DNA of 64,000 bases from Utricularia gibba. Its lineage: Eukaryota > Plantae > Magnoliophyta. The stretch's first letter is position 1. Every line of letters begins with the position of its first letter. The stretch lies in assembly GCA_002189035.1 (NCBI GenBank), contig NEEC01000009.1, positions 1,302,001 through 1,366,000 on the forward strand. The letters are read 5' to 3'. The notes under the pieces were generated by a model. It made no database searches, was not told the origin of the DNA, and worked only from the letters and a program-made list of their open reading frames with translations. A program made the translations under genes and the position numbers. Positions 35,359-51,400 of this stretch are shown here, in pieces.

Positions 35359-36055
35359 TAGCCGTGACCACTTTTGCAGGTAGTTCATCTTCAAGAAACG
35401 TTCCGCTCAACAGTTTTCTGTCGATAGTGCGGATTGCAGGGTTTTTTGCAGCCACCCCAAGCTCACTGCAGCTTGTTTGTCTAGAACGCTGAAACCGGCT
35501 GACCTATTCATAGCTATGAGTAGAGAACATAGATCAAGGTATGATGTGGTTTGTTCGATTCGTTCCAGTTGCTGATTTATCATGAATCTAGATCAAGGTA
35601 TCAACATAGACCATCGAGCTATGAGTAGAGAACATGGAAGCCATTGATTCTCTCCACACGGAATTGGATCAAATGATATACAACAAGACTGAAATAGCAA
35701 GCCACATTATTCTGGTCTAAACCCATTGTAATTAACTAAATAAGCCATTGCATTGCATTGACCACCAAGTTAGCTAACCCCATCGCTAATTATCCCCACC
35801 TGAGGGTGTGCACAGCTTCAGTGAAACCAGCAAATTTTGTCATCTGTATCTCCTGCTGCTTTTTCCCCACTCGGTTCAATTGCTATCTAAAAAGCATTGC
35901 CTGGGTGGGTGCTTGGCCTGACTGAACAACAGAAGTTCGTCAAAAATCATCCATTATTAGCATCAGAGGATGGGAATTCCATATCTCATGCATCAAGTAT
36001 CAGCTGTTGTCGAGTATACCTCCGGTAAGGCTGACTTCGCCGGAAGATATTCATA

Positions 36056-39000
36056 TCAGCCATCTAAAGCGTATGTCTGTGCCTACGGTCATCACAGCAA
36101 GTTTATAAGCAATCACAGTACAGTCTGCATGGCACATTGACTACAACATAATGATTCTCACGTGCCAAATCAAGTTCTATGAAATACCTCAAGCATGGGG
36201 TCATCGGGAGTACTGGTCTCCTTGTTGAAGCCACACTGAAGAATCCTCAACTTCCCTTCCTGAAAATGGTGATTGTAATCATAATCACAGCCTTAATGAT
36301 GATAATGAAGGTACCAACCCACCACATACTCACCTTTGTTCCATATACAAATCCACCACCAACGTGGGGATGAAAGCATGCCACGTTAACCTCATCTTCT
36401 GCATTTGGGAGAACTCTTACAAGTTCCATGTCTGAAACTCTGTAGATCTGGAATCAAACGAAACAGCATGGCACAACGTTATCTTACTTAAAATTTCATT
36501 GCATTAAAAGGTTCTAATAGCACCATTTAACATTGTTCTTAATCGCTTGAATTTAGGCAAAAAAATGCTTACGAGAACATAATACTGGACCAGATATTTA
36601 TAAATATTGATTGAGATTATGGAGCATAAATCACCTCCAAAATTGTGTATATCGGCACAGCGGTGTCTCCGTCAATCACGACACTCCTAAGAAGTGAACT
36701 GTGTCGCCGTCCATAGGCTAACAATAGATGCTCAGAAGTAGGAGAAAACTGAAAGAAATAAAAATTGATGATTGAAAAGTTGTAAGAACTTCCAAAGGGT
36801 AAATTTCAACTGCAATGTCAATAAAAGTTAAGCTTTATGATCCAGATACAATTTTATAAGTTTAAAAGGAATAATATCTTACTCAACAACAATAAGGAAA
36901 AAACCAATTCAAAATCATCGTTGATAGCAATACTATCAGCTTCACCCATCATCGTTTAAGATAAAAAAGTATAGCCTGATTAAAATCTGTGAAAATTTTT
37001 TTTGAAGCCCCATTTTCATTCAAGTACATGTAGTTTCAACGTTCAATACTGAACGTGGCATATGCCTTTGGAGATTCATCATAGATTATTAGGTCAAGGC
37101 CATGAAAGAACAAGCAGCTTTAAGGTAAGAAAATGATTTGAAAAAGCTCTAACCTGTATTGATGTCAAACAATGCGCGGCTCTGATTGCTCTAGAAGCTA
37201 GAATACAGCCAAATCTAGAAAAAGTAAAATACCATTCATTAGCTCAGTGAGGAAGATAATGATGCAAGATTAACATGTGACATAAAAAACACATATTATG
37301 TACTTACGTAGCCTCCTCAAGGGAGTATATCCTTAGTTCATACATAACTTGATGGGCAGAAATTGGATGTCTTGTTGGGGAAGTTGAAGAAACAGCAGTA
37401 TCATTATGAAGATGACCTTGCAATCCTGGATCATTATCCACGTTTGGCAAGATACATGCCACACAAACTGCCAGAAATCTTCCGCATGGAGAAAAATGAG
37501 CACCCATCTCACTGTGAAGAAGTCAATCCATAGTTAAGCATCTGATTCTACACAGCAGTCAAAGAACAAAAATAGAAGACTTCGATGCACTCTTTATGGA
37601 AATGTTTTTCAAAAAAAATTTCAATCTAAATAACAAAGCAAGTTTTCGTAGGTAATTTACAGTAGATTGAATGCAAAAATACACAAACCAGGAGTAATCC
37701 TACCTGCAAAGAACAGCATGAGGTATCATCAAGCGACATCGTTCTGAATCAAGAGGCTTGCAAGGATCCTTCGCATCATGGGACCATATCCTGAGCTTGA
37801 CAGTGCAAGGTAACTCTGCAGCTGCAGCTGCAGCAATCGACGAAGCCACCTCAGTTTGAACTTGGCTTACAAAAGGTTCTGGATTGCTCTGCTCACGTGG
37901 GATGCTATTAAGGGCAGGAATCTCACTGGACCCATTAACCAGTCTGGCACGTGAGCGCGATCTATTTTGTGAGCCAGGTATTCCTGAAAACCTGGAACTG
38001 CCAGCATTATGATTTATAGAGGATACAATGGGTGGATTCCCCACTAAATTATTGGAGGCTAGTCCTTCAACAGGTGCCTCATTATGTGAGTGGATTGCAC
38101 GTTGGCTAGCTTGACTTTGACCAACCAACCAACCCTGGAGAAATGGAACCTCCCAGCATGCAAGGTCTCCAAACGGGAAATACTGATTACTTCTCTCTCC
38201 ATTTTGTACTTCGGTCTGCTCGGATTCAACTGCATCTTGAGAAGAATGGCTGCTAATTTCCCTTGTCAAAGAATTATTTTGTATCTCTTCTCGCACTGGA
38301 GAGTTGATTGGAGACAATACAAGTTCGTACTGGCCAGATGGAGTTGAATACGTGAACAGCCGTACAGAACCAGATGAATTACCTCTCTGTTGTGTAACAA
38401 TAGAGTTCATTTCCATCTCACTTTGCTGATCAGCTCTGCTTATTGAAGGCCATATTATAAATGGTATAGACATGATCGGCAACTCATTTGTAGAATTTGA
38501 CCGATAGGCAGAATTAGCATCAGCCAGGTATATGGTAGGTGGAGGATATTGCAAATAACCAGGAGAAGTAGCAAGAGTCATTGAAGGATCGGATGAATCA
38601 AGATCATTAACCTGAGAAAAAACAAGAATTAGAGATAGTCCCTTGATGAAATGGGTAAGCTTAGGAAAACCATTACTTCTGCTGTCAGAAGAAACGGGGC
38701 AGCATGGGGATGGAAGTGGACTGCCCGAATTGACCGTCTTGTCTTTAGTATAATGGCTGGTGAGGAAGCATCCCCCTTCTATTATAGTGCCATATATAAA
38801 GCTGCCACAGAAGCATGTTACCAAGCAGATAATCTAAATCTGAATCAGGGGCAGTGTCCTGTTTTAAAACGCTAACCTTGTGGCCTGATGCTACAGCTAA
38901 AATTTCACCTAGGGCATGAAAGGCAATTGATGCTATCGGACGGTCTGCATGTGTTTAACAGAATGTTAAATATTTGATGATTCTCAAGTAGCAAGATAAT

Positions 39001-40489
39001 AATACAAAAGAGGCACAAATGTTGGTTACAGAAATCTCGTGATCCTAAGCAGTCTGCAGTTTTTGCATTCCATAGCCTAACTTCATGATCCAAACTACCA
39101 CTTGCAAGAACTTCTGGATAGAGTGGATGGAATCTAACCTGCATACCAGAAAAAAATTATCCAACCAACCATTATTTAGAAAGATAAAGGCAAATGTCTA
39201 CACTAAGATGAATATCTCCAGAAACAGTCAGGGAGGATTTTCTTTTTTTTTTTTAAGATTACGAAACAGTAAAGATTACACGTTATCAATAACAAAATTG
39301 CCAAAAGTGCTCACCACCCAGGGTGTCCTCCGATGACCACTAAGCACTTTTAGGCATTTTCCAGTTTGGCAGTCAATTATCTTCACTGTATGGTCTCCAC
39401 TGCCAGCATCCAACGTGGGTCAAAGAAATATATTATAGAGGACATGAAGCAGATGCATACAAAGAATTGTGCTTTTGGTGGGCCGAAATGAAGGACTAAG
39501 AGCACAAAGAAACTCGTAAATAGAGAAACAGATATACTTACTGTGTTGAAGCAAGCGTCTTCCCATCGGGACTAAAGGCTGCAGCAATGGTTGACCTTGG
39601 TGGAGGTAGAAGGGGGCAATATTTTGCAGACAAATGCTGTAATGACTCTGCCTCAGCCCTGTGGTTCAGAAGATTTAAAATGTCAGATCAAGCTTCTTGG
39701 CAGCAGATTCACAGTCAACTATGAAATACAGGGAGTACCAAGACCGAAGCTCTTGTCTAGCATCTTTAGATATGTCACTTATGGAGTTCCGGCTGGAGGC
39801 TTTTCTCCAAAATCTATTGGGAGCTCTCTTTGTTTGAGGAGATATCTCTCTCTTAGATAGCAAATCAAATACATTGCTGCAAATGGAGCTACATGAGTTA
39901 ATACCAACTTGTAAGTTTTTTAATGAAGCATAAACAAAAACACATCACTACCATATCCGGTATTTAAAAAAAAAAAACAGCGACACCTTCTGTTCCTATT
40001 GGAAATGAAGAAAGAGTCGTAAACTCTAATCTTGCTGCAAAGCACACGCATGAATCTCTAAAATCCTTAGGGAATTGATATTGCACGCAGCCCAATTGGT
40101 AAAAACATAAAAGAAACGAAAAAGAGAGTAACTCAAGCGAATAGCTTGATAAAATTGATTAAAAGCTTGCATTTCTCGCCTGCAGCTATCTTAACGGAAA
40201 AGGATTACGCATTAAACGAGAACACAACCCAAAGTTCCTGTACCCCCGTCAACATTCACACAACTGACGCCCATCTATCAACTTACAGTAAACCATAACT
40301 TATCAGTTGAAGCAACTAAATTCCATGTCAAAGCGCAAAATTGAGGCAAAAAACATACCTTTTCCTGGAACCATTTTCTTCGGCGGCAACTACAGGCGGA
40401 AGTAGGAGCTGATGGAAATTCGACGAAGGATGCTGCGAACCCGTAGCTGATGACGGCGTATTATCCGGAAAAACAGGCGATGACCGCAT
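36056..40489 (-). CDS. WD40 protein, AMBRA1-like (transducin/WD40, putative DCAF), multi-exon
   Basis: VRFHPLYPEVLASGSLDHEVRLW, AAAAAELPCTVKLRIWSHD, MGAHFSPCGRFLAVCVAC, ELRIYSLEEAT, EDEVNVACFHP..GG.VYGTK|EGKLRILQ, final exon AQTYALDG*. Confidence 0.88.
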
Positions 40490-41352
40490 GATTAAACGCA
40501 ATTCAGTCTACGCAGGAAAATTCAGCACAAAAAAACCATTCAAAATCCTTGCCAGATCCAAAGGGAAAAAAAGATCATAAAACTCTGGCCCTGAGATCCC
40601 AAAGCACTCGAACCAAGGGCAAGGAAGGAAGAAGAAATGGAGATCTCAGAGACAGAGCGAGGATGCAGATGATCGATTCTCCTCCTCCTCCGGCCGATTG
40701 GACACAAGATTGGTTTCCGGTTTCAGGAATTTACCAAAATAGGCCTACGCAGGGTTTCATTCGATACCCTCTTCTCATTAAGCCGTGTTTATTTAATTAC
40801 CTCACACCTGTACTTTATTGTCATTACACATGTAACGTAGCGTGCTTTTTCTCCTTTTTTCACTGCGGTAATATGTCAAAGTGGTTTATTACAAGGTAAC
40901 GTTCTTATTTTGAAATATAATAAATATGAGTAACGTTCATTTTTTAAAAAAGAATAATTCCCAAAAAAGAATTTTTAAATATAAATCATTTTTCATTTTA
41001 TCATGTTATTCTATCCAGTCCAGCCGACCACGCAGAGAAAAGACAGACCCATCCAATAAAACCTTCCATCAATATCCCATTTTTAAATATTTTCAAATTT
41101 AAAATATCAACTCAAAATATGAAAATGATATATATATTTTTTGAAGGCGGTTATCTCGAGGTTAGATGAGCCGCACCACAGCCACTTGTTTTTTTTTCTT
41201 TTTTTTTTAGTTTTTATTATATCGGATATTTTCTCAGAATCCAGTGGAGGCGAGCTCGGGGGACTATTGGAAATGAAATCCCACCGTGGGTTAGTTTTTT
41301 GGGCGTGAATGTGAGAAATCACAGCCGTTGTTTCTACGTCCTTTGGGTTGTT

Positions 41353-41376
41353 GCCACGTGTGGCGGTGGCTACGTG
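41353..41376 (+). promoter_or_regulatory. ABRE/G-box pair upstream of BAM1
   Basis: GCCACGTGT at 41353-41361 and TACGTG at 41371-41376, about 200 bp before the ATG. Confidence 0.5.
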
Positions 41377-41567
41377 TTTAATCCTGGACGGTCCACCGAT
41401 GTTTCTCCTTTTTGGTACTAAGTCATGGGGTTCCTTCCTTCTTGATCTATAAATTTGGGAGCTTTTTGTGAATTCGAGGTATCGGGAAGTCAATCGTGTC
41501 TCCTTGCTCAGAAATCGATCTGCTCTGCTAGTTTCGTGTTTGTTTTTTCCACTATTCACAGAATCCA

Positions 41568-43545
<1,978 letters not shown>

Positions 43546-45316
43546 AATCCTACTACCACCCTAGTGTATGCATGTGCATGTATGACTTGGAACATTCATA
43601 CTATCCTTGTACTAACAGCTTCTCCTCCTTTGCTTGTACTTCTGCTGCTGCTGTGTAGCTGTAGATGTGTATCAGCTGTTGTAGCTTCGAGAAACAGAGT
43701 TGTCCGAACAATCTGGGCTGCGCCATCAGCTTGCAGACACACAAACTGGGCTGCTCGCGCCCAACTGGGTCTGGTATTCCGACACAGATCTGAAATTTCT
43801 CCATAGCTCCATAGATTTGGCCCAACCGGATTTGCATCCCACACCGGAATATATTAAGCAGATTACTCTAATAAAGAAATGGCTGAGAAAAGACAGAAAC
43901 TGAGCATTCACTCAAGTCAAGTTGGGGGGGAAGGGGACCGCTACGCCTGCAACTTAGCCTTTACCCACCGAGGGCACCACCACCACCTTCTCTACCCGCA
44001 CCTACTTCACCCCCGGGGCGGTGCCCATTTTGCATGGATCCATTTTCATGCACCTTTTTCCCCTATTTTTTTCTTAATTTATTTTGTATGGTAACATGTA
44101 GATGTTGGCAACCTTTTATTTTCTGCATGCGGGTCGGGTCGGTCTTCAACCCATCACATGGATTGGGATTGAGACTGGAGTCGGAGCCTAGGCTCGAACT
44201 CGGACCCAACGGCCTAGAATCGGACAGAGACTTGCACCCTACGGGTGATTTGGACAACTCATTGGATTTGCTCCATGGGTGAAAACCAGTAGAAGGATAG
44301 ACAAGGAAGGTGTTAGAAATGAGAGATTAAGGTTTAGGGTTTGGAGGGTATGATCATCTTTACATGCGTTGGCTTCTTTCGAAAGGCTAGCGCAAGAATA
44401 CAAGTTGCTTTACATTTTTTTGAATGGATCGCGTTTATCGTGTTGTGAGATAAAAAGGAATAAAGCATGCAAGAAGCCAAGAGGGGTGATTTGGACAACT
44501 CGGTCTTAGAGAGGGACCAAACATGGGGGGATGACATGAATCAGACTAAACATGTTTTCGCCACTAAAAATACAAAAATAAAGAAAGCTTTTTTCCTCCC
44601 AAAAAAGTTTTTTTGCTTTCAATTTCGCACACCATTCCCTTTAAAGATCTCGTTCTCCATCATACAAAAAACCCAAAAAAAAAAGAGTGGAGAGTCCATT
44701 GGGATGCGGTCCCGGGCTGTGTGGGTCTGTCTACGGTTGGGATTCTTGAGTTCTTACAACCAACAAGGGGTAAAGAACAGTGATCCAGATTCTTACAATA
44801 AAGACAGGGAGGGAGGTTTTCCATTGGCGCATTGAATATAATATTAATTTGAATACTTGTGATTTGATGATCAGGATTTTGATGTGCATTGCATGGACTT
44901 GTTTTTTGAATGGTTTTGGATTTTGAGAGTAGGATCGGATTGTCTTTCGAAATAGGGCACATGGCTAGGATTTCACATAACTAGCAGTCATGTTCCAGGA
45001 ATAGGGCACGTGCCTACTGCTACCTGTTCATACAAGAAATAGCTATTGGTAATAAAAAAGAGTAGGAAGATTTGGACTTGGTTTAACCTGTAAACCCCGC
45101 CATAGGTTTGTGTAATGACGGAAGAAGACAAAAGGGAAGCATCTAAAAGGAAGTCCCTCTTCACTTAGATTTCAATCCTTCTCCCATTTCTATCTTTTCT
45201 CTATCCCCCACCTCTCCGGTCTCCATCACCCAAGAGACTCTTTTCCTCCATTGTGTTGTCTTCCAACCTCATTTATATCCATCTATTTCTTTCTCCGCTT
45301 TCTTCTTCGTTTTGTC

Positions 45317-46740
45317 ATGCCAAACATGGGGATAGGGGGCCAGATGGACTTCTTCTCCGGCCGCTGCATACTCGTAAACGGCCCGGTAATCGTCGGAGCC
45401 GGTCCCTCGGGGTTAGCCGTTGGTGCCGGTCTGAAACAACAAGGTGTCCCTTTGTCATACTGGAAAGAGCCAACTGCATTGCTTCTTTGTGGCAGAACTG
45501 GACTTACGATCGCTTAAACCTTCATTTGCCTAAGCAGTTTTGTGAACTCCCTTACATCCCTTTCCCCAAGAGCTTCCCGGAGTACCCTTCTAAGAACCAG
45601 TTCATTGATTATCTGCTTAACTATGCAAAGGTATTTGAGATTGATCCCAGGTTTAATGAAACAGTTAGGTGCGCTAAGTATGATGATACCTGTGGTTTGT
45701 GGAAGGTTATGACGGTTAATTCCTGTTACATTTGTCGGTGGCTTGTTGTGGCTAGTGGTGAGCATGCTGAGAAAGTAGTGCCTGAGTTTGAAGGGATAGA
45801 GAGGTTTGGTGGGAGTGTAATGCACGCCTGTGACTATAAGTCCGGCGAGGATTTCCGGGGGAGGCGCGTCTTAGTCGTCGGCTGCGGTAACTCCGGGATG
45901 GAGGTTTCCCTCGATCTTTGCCTCCATGAAGCTAACCCCTTGATGCTGGCCCGCGGCCGGGTGAGTGCCTTTCACCATCTTACCAGCTCCGCATTGGCGG
46001 TTCAAGTCTGCTTATCGCTTTGGTCTCTCTGTGTGCAGGTACATGTTTTGCCCAGAGAAATACTTGGGATTTCGACCTTTGGGCTATCGGTTTTCATGGC
46101 GAAATGGTTGCCATTGTGGTTGGTAGACAGGATTCTGGTAACTGCTGGGAGATTGATTCTTGGGGATCTTGAGAAATACGGTTTGAAACGACCCAAGATG
46201 GGGCCTATAGAGCTGAAGATCACACAAGGGAAGACGCCCGTGTTAGATATAGGGACACTTTCAAGAATACGGTCAGGTGATATCAAAGTAGTCACCGGAG
46301 AAATCAAGAGGTTCTTACCAGGAAAAGTCCAGCTCATGACACAGCAAACTGTTGATGTGGATGCTGTCATTCTCGCAACGGGATACAGCAACAACGTCCC
46401 TGCCTGGTTAAAGGTTGGTTCTTTTTCTTTGTTTTTTTTTCCATGCTTCCATTTCCGGGATCGAACCTCCCTTCCTCTCTCTCTATCTCTCTTTCTCTGT
46501 TCATCTCTTTCTGACGAGTGGTTTGATGGGCAGGAAAATGAGACGTTTAATGAAGAAGGGTATCCAAGAAACCCATTCCCCGATGGATGGAAAGGGAAGA
46601 AAGGGCTGTACGCAGTTGGATTCACAAGAAGGGGGCTCTCAGGTGCATCTCTTGATGCAATCAAAGTGGCACAAGACATTGGGAAGATATGGAATCATGA
46701 AACCAATCACGCTTTTGCTGCTAGAAAAAGCAAGTCATAG
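45317..46740 (+). CDS. YUC3: YUCCA indole-3-pyruvate monooxygenase (YUC3/YUC7 clade), 3 exons, with an apparent -1 frameshift at 45448-45453
   Basis: [19 protein letters not shown] (FAD binding), [23 protein letters not shown], FxGxxxHxxxYK, [10 protein letters not shown] (NADPH binding), [16 protein letters not shown]. Introns 45961-46039 and 46412-46533. Confidence 0.92.
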
Positions 46741-48467
46741 ACTCGGCGACCTTTTTTTCATTACTCGGTGTTCATGTTGCAAGCTCAATCCAAGAGTTCT
46801 CGAAATCACTGTACATATCTATGAATCATCCCATCTTCCAGTTTGCTCAAAGCCAAAAACTCAACACAAACTACACGCACACACACCATAGAGAGTGAGT
46901 CTGACCAAGATGTACGATTCATTGAACACAGGAGGCAGTGGAAAAAGGTGGGTCATGGTGGTGATCAAGCCCATATTTTCTCCCCACATTTGTGTTGTAT
47001 TGAATGTGACAGGGACTCAACAATGCTTCGATTCAGGGAAATGAAGTACATGTGAAATTAAAATGCCCCCTATCCCCTAAGATGAGCAGCACGTGGAGCA
47101 CAGTGCCCTCCCCAGCCCACAGTGTACAAAGAAGTGTTAACTCATGTGGGTTCCTCGACTGCAGTCTGCACACACGGCACTTGCAGATTTCGATATTCGA
47201 ACCACAACCACACACTTGAGTTTTATGAGCTTACCTGCTTCTCTGCAGAACTGATTCCACTGGTTTTTACTCCAGCACAGAAGTCAGATGAATGCATTTA
47301 TGATGGATCAATGCAACCTTCTCGCTCTGACTGCATAATCTCATTTTCACCAAGTGGCCTTCCACCGGTTGAGGTGGGAATCTGTTCCCGCCTTCTAACA
47401 GCTCGTGATGCGTCCGAGTTGCAAGCCCGGTAGCTTGGGGTTAAGGAAACAGGTAGGAATCTGTGCACCATCATCCAAATTCAGAGACTTAGTGCCAGGA
47501 AAGTTTCACATGGGACGGCCATACAAATTCACATAGTTCTTGGTGAAGAAAGAACGCCCATACCTTACTGAAAATGTTATTTTACATGTAGCAGACAGGC
47601 GAGCTACATTTAGATGCCAGGGTGTATAATAAATATACTCAATACTATTTTGCCTAACAATGGGCAAGGCACACAGGTAGACCACAGCACTGTATAGAAT
47701 GGTCACAACTCTCTACTTGGTTTCAGCAGGCAACTTTTATACACCAGGTTTGAACCCCTAAAACTACCCATCACCCTATTTCATACACGTCTTTCACCTT
47801 TGTTCTGCAAACTTGTAAAAAATTGATTTTTGTACATACCGGACCACTCCGTTATTTCAACATGGGGTGTGGGTAAATCTTTGCCGTCCATTAGTCGATA
47901 CCTCGTGTTCTGATGCTCACAGTCATCTCAGTGATTCAGAAATGCCTGCAGCACAATCCGGACATTTATGAAAGATATCAGATTCTAGTGGATTTGCCTT
48001 CAGTCATAACATGAGTTAAAAAAGTACGGGTGAACTTCACATGGTTTACCCCAGAACTAAAAAAAATGACGGGGGCAGATGCCTAGGGAAACCAAGAATG
48101 TGGTGTTATTCCCAATGGTTTCCATGTCATTTCCCTAAAAAATGCTGATGCCTCAGCAGGTCCATGAAATCACATGCATTGTCAATTCCATCTGCATTTG
48201 CAGTGTGGGTTAAGGGAATTGTTAATTGAAGTAGTTTATGTCTACATGATTCTTTTCGCTGAATTTCATTCAGAACAACCTGTATCTAGTTTGAAGGGCA
48301 CTTTCAGCATGGCAAAAGAGTCACATGGAAAATGTTAAATCCAACAAAACACGACAAAATGCATTGCTCTCCAGTTGTATACAAGATCAGTGACTTAAAG
48401 ATACACGGTTACATTCATACAGAACAAACTAAATGGAATAACCAAAGCATGCATGCTCCCATATTTA

Positions 48468-51400
48468 TCATTTGGAGGAAAGCAATTTGTCGATTTCACC
48501 ATTTTGGTTGTACATAGACACCAGCTTTTTTGCATACGATGGGATGTGCTGATCAGCTCTGAGACGATGAAGTGAAGCAAGAAAAGCAAGCATCTTAAAA
48601 TTAAGCATCTAACATTAAGTTTAGTGTAAGAATTTCTGGTGAACTAACCTTTCCTTTCCCCAAGCACGGGTTACATGAATGTAGTTTCGAATTGTGTGGT
48701 AATCCAAGGAGTAACGTGCAAACTCCAGACCCTTGGGACCAATCTTTAACAGAAATATAGCATTCTGGTCACAAGGTCTTGGGCAATATCTTCAAATGAG
48801 TCATAAAACAAACCGTCCTTACCAAATTGAGGATGAAAGCTATCAAGTCACCAATGAGTCTTGGGGCAGGTTGGGACGGACCTTTGCCTTAAGAAAGAAT
48901 GCACATATGTTAGACACTGGGAATCGAACGGTTAACTATTTCATTCGTCAAGATGAAATCAAGAACTGTACCAACAAACATTAGGTACCTAATTTAGCAT
49001 TATCATCTGCCTTGACTGTTTCCATAACAAAGGGACGCCTTGCACCCTAAGAATGATTTACAGTGTCAAGATCATTATGAATGATATTTGGCAGGATATA
49101 CGTGAGATGCAAGTATCTCATAAACCAGATGATGTGCATCCAATTACTGTCAGAAAAGCATACTGGCCTTGAGAATTTCAAGATGAATATCAAACTAGAA
49201 CTGCACTAAGTGTGTTTACCTGACTAGTTGTTGGAGAAAACTCCAAAAGATCCTTCACAAGGCTTAACATCTCCTTCCCACGCTCATTTCTGCCAACAAC
49301 GAAAACTGCTCAGTCACTAAACAAGAAATACAAGCACAGCCCAAGGGCGGTAAGAAAATCTCGAGAATTATCTGAGACTTGAAATCACCTGACAGTGACA
49401 TATTGTGGATGTTGGGACATGCTAACTCCAGCATATTTTGGTACTCCCATGTAACCTATTACCAAGTCCTGAAAATCTTGGTGGTTCAGTTGTCATCTCA
49501 GATATGCTTCATGAACGAGAAACCAAAAGGATGAAACAGTTTAATGCTCACCGCTAGGGCATTGCTGTAGTCGAAACAGCTGTAAGGAAAGAGGGGATAA
49601 AAATAAGAAACAAGGGAACTACAAACTTCCAACAAAACACAACGTGAAAAACAAGTGCTAGTAAATTCCTTATGCTCAAGTAATTACGGCCAAAATGAGA
49701 AGATAAAAAAACATTGAAAAGAATCAAGGGAAGCATCTACAGGGGCAATCTTAATTACAGATTAACATGTTTATCTTTGGTGCATCAGAATCTGGTTTAA
49801 ATCTCCTAAAGAATCCATGAAAATGATAAACAAACATCTAATTAGGTATAAAAGAAGGAAATAGTAACATAAAGTTTCCAATGATGACAATATGTGGTTA
49901 CTTCATATGTCATCTTTTATCTGAAATTGGTGGAAAAAGAAAAAGTTGAGGCCACCTTTTTTAGATCACATGCCACATGACAAACATTTTCAATATTCGC
50001 GTTGAATACAGAGATATTCAGACGCATTTAGGTTCATTATCACATAAGGTTTAGCAGTGTAAGAGAGCAAATGGCTCAAGTTATTATGGAATAATAAGGC
50101 AAGTTTGACATGGAGTATCATACCTGTAACAAGAAGGAGCAATCACATCAGTTAACTCATTTGCTGGGAGGCAGAAATATGGAACCTGATTCCATTTATT
50201 AATGATTTAGAACATAACTAAGGTCAATCTGCCATTAACAACAAAATAACTATGTACCTCCTCAATATGGCCATCTAAATGCTTCAAATGAACCTTTTGA
50301 AAAAATTAAAAAGGTAAGTGCACAAAAGCAGCGGATTCAGTGCTACCAAATACATTTAATGGAAAGTTTCTGTTCATATAGGGAAAGTAATAAAATAAAA
50401 AAATTATATTAGTATTGTAAAAACTGAAATATGTATCGATGCCAGGATAGGGTTGGTCAACCTTGTAATCTTGCATAAATTCATAATGAAGAACAGTTTC
50501 TGGTTCAGTACTGGCTGCTTTTAGAAATTTCTCTAGCCCTTCTCGTGTCCCGTTATCCACTGCATAGAAGCGTTTTTGTCACTGGGTTCGATGCATTCCA
50601 AGACAAGGAATTCAGTCTAATGAATATTACTAGCTTAAATTGAATGTCAAAGAGAACATGCTCAAAAGCTGAAAACTTTCCAATTAGAAACATAACGAAT
50701 GAAAAAGGCAGCTTCTTGAGACTGCTATATGTTGGCTATTACCATACTATGATATTTGTTATTGATCATTGTGAGGGATCTACTATGTGGGGTTTACAGC
50801 TAGTATGGAGGATCACAGGCTAATTCAAAGTTTGACAATAAGAGCGACTTGGAAATTCTAATAATGTTTTATTTTAGAAATTGATAAGCTTCAATGAAAA
50901 CACAGTCGGGGTACAGTAAGCAACTTTCAGACATTAACTAGAGCAAGCATATAGTTACCACAATTAGTTCCAAGAACATAAAGCTTTTCCAGATTCAGGT
51001 ATTTCTCCACCGATCTAAGAGCTGCACTTCAACAAATTATTCTGCATTATAATAGTTCAAGTTAAACATAGCAAACCATTAAGTGTATAGGAAACGTCAA
51101 CTCATAATAATACCTTGCACTTGACAGCCGACACCACAAAATAAAAGGCGTTTGACACCAGCAGCCTGTGAGAATCCAACTAGGTGTTATAGCCAAATGC
51201 TATACCGTTTTTACCTTTATTGGAGAGGATATAAGGATGTGATAGAAGGAAATCAGTTTCGAAAAAACCTTTTGAACTGAAGATGGCCATAGAGAAAAAT
51301 AAAAATATGAACTTGATGACCTCAACTAGTGCCAGTGTGTTGAGGTTTGGAGACAGTGTAGGCTTTACTCCTTTAGCAGCAATAACTTCTTCTGGAGTCC

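Noticed and set aside
47190-47210. GGTTCGAA T-loop-like motifs here (minus strand) and near 61013
   Set aside because: No acceptor stem, D-arm or A-box at tRNA spacing.
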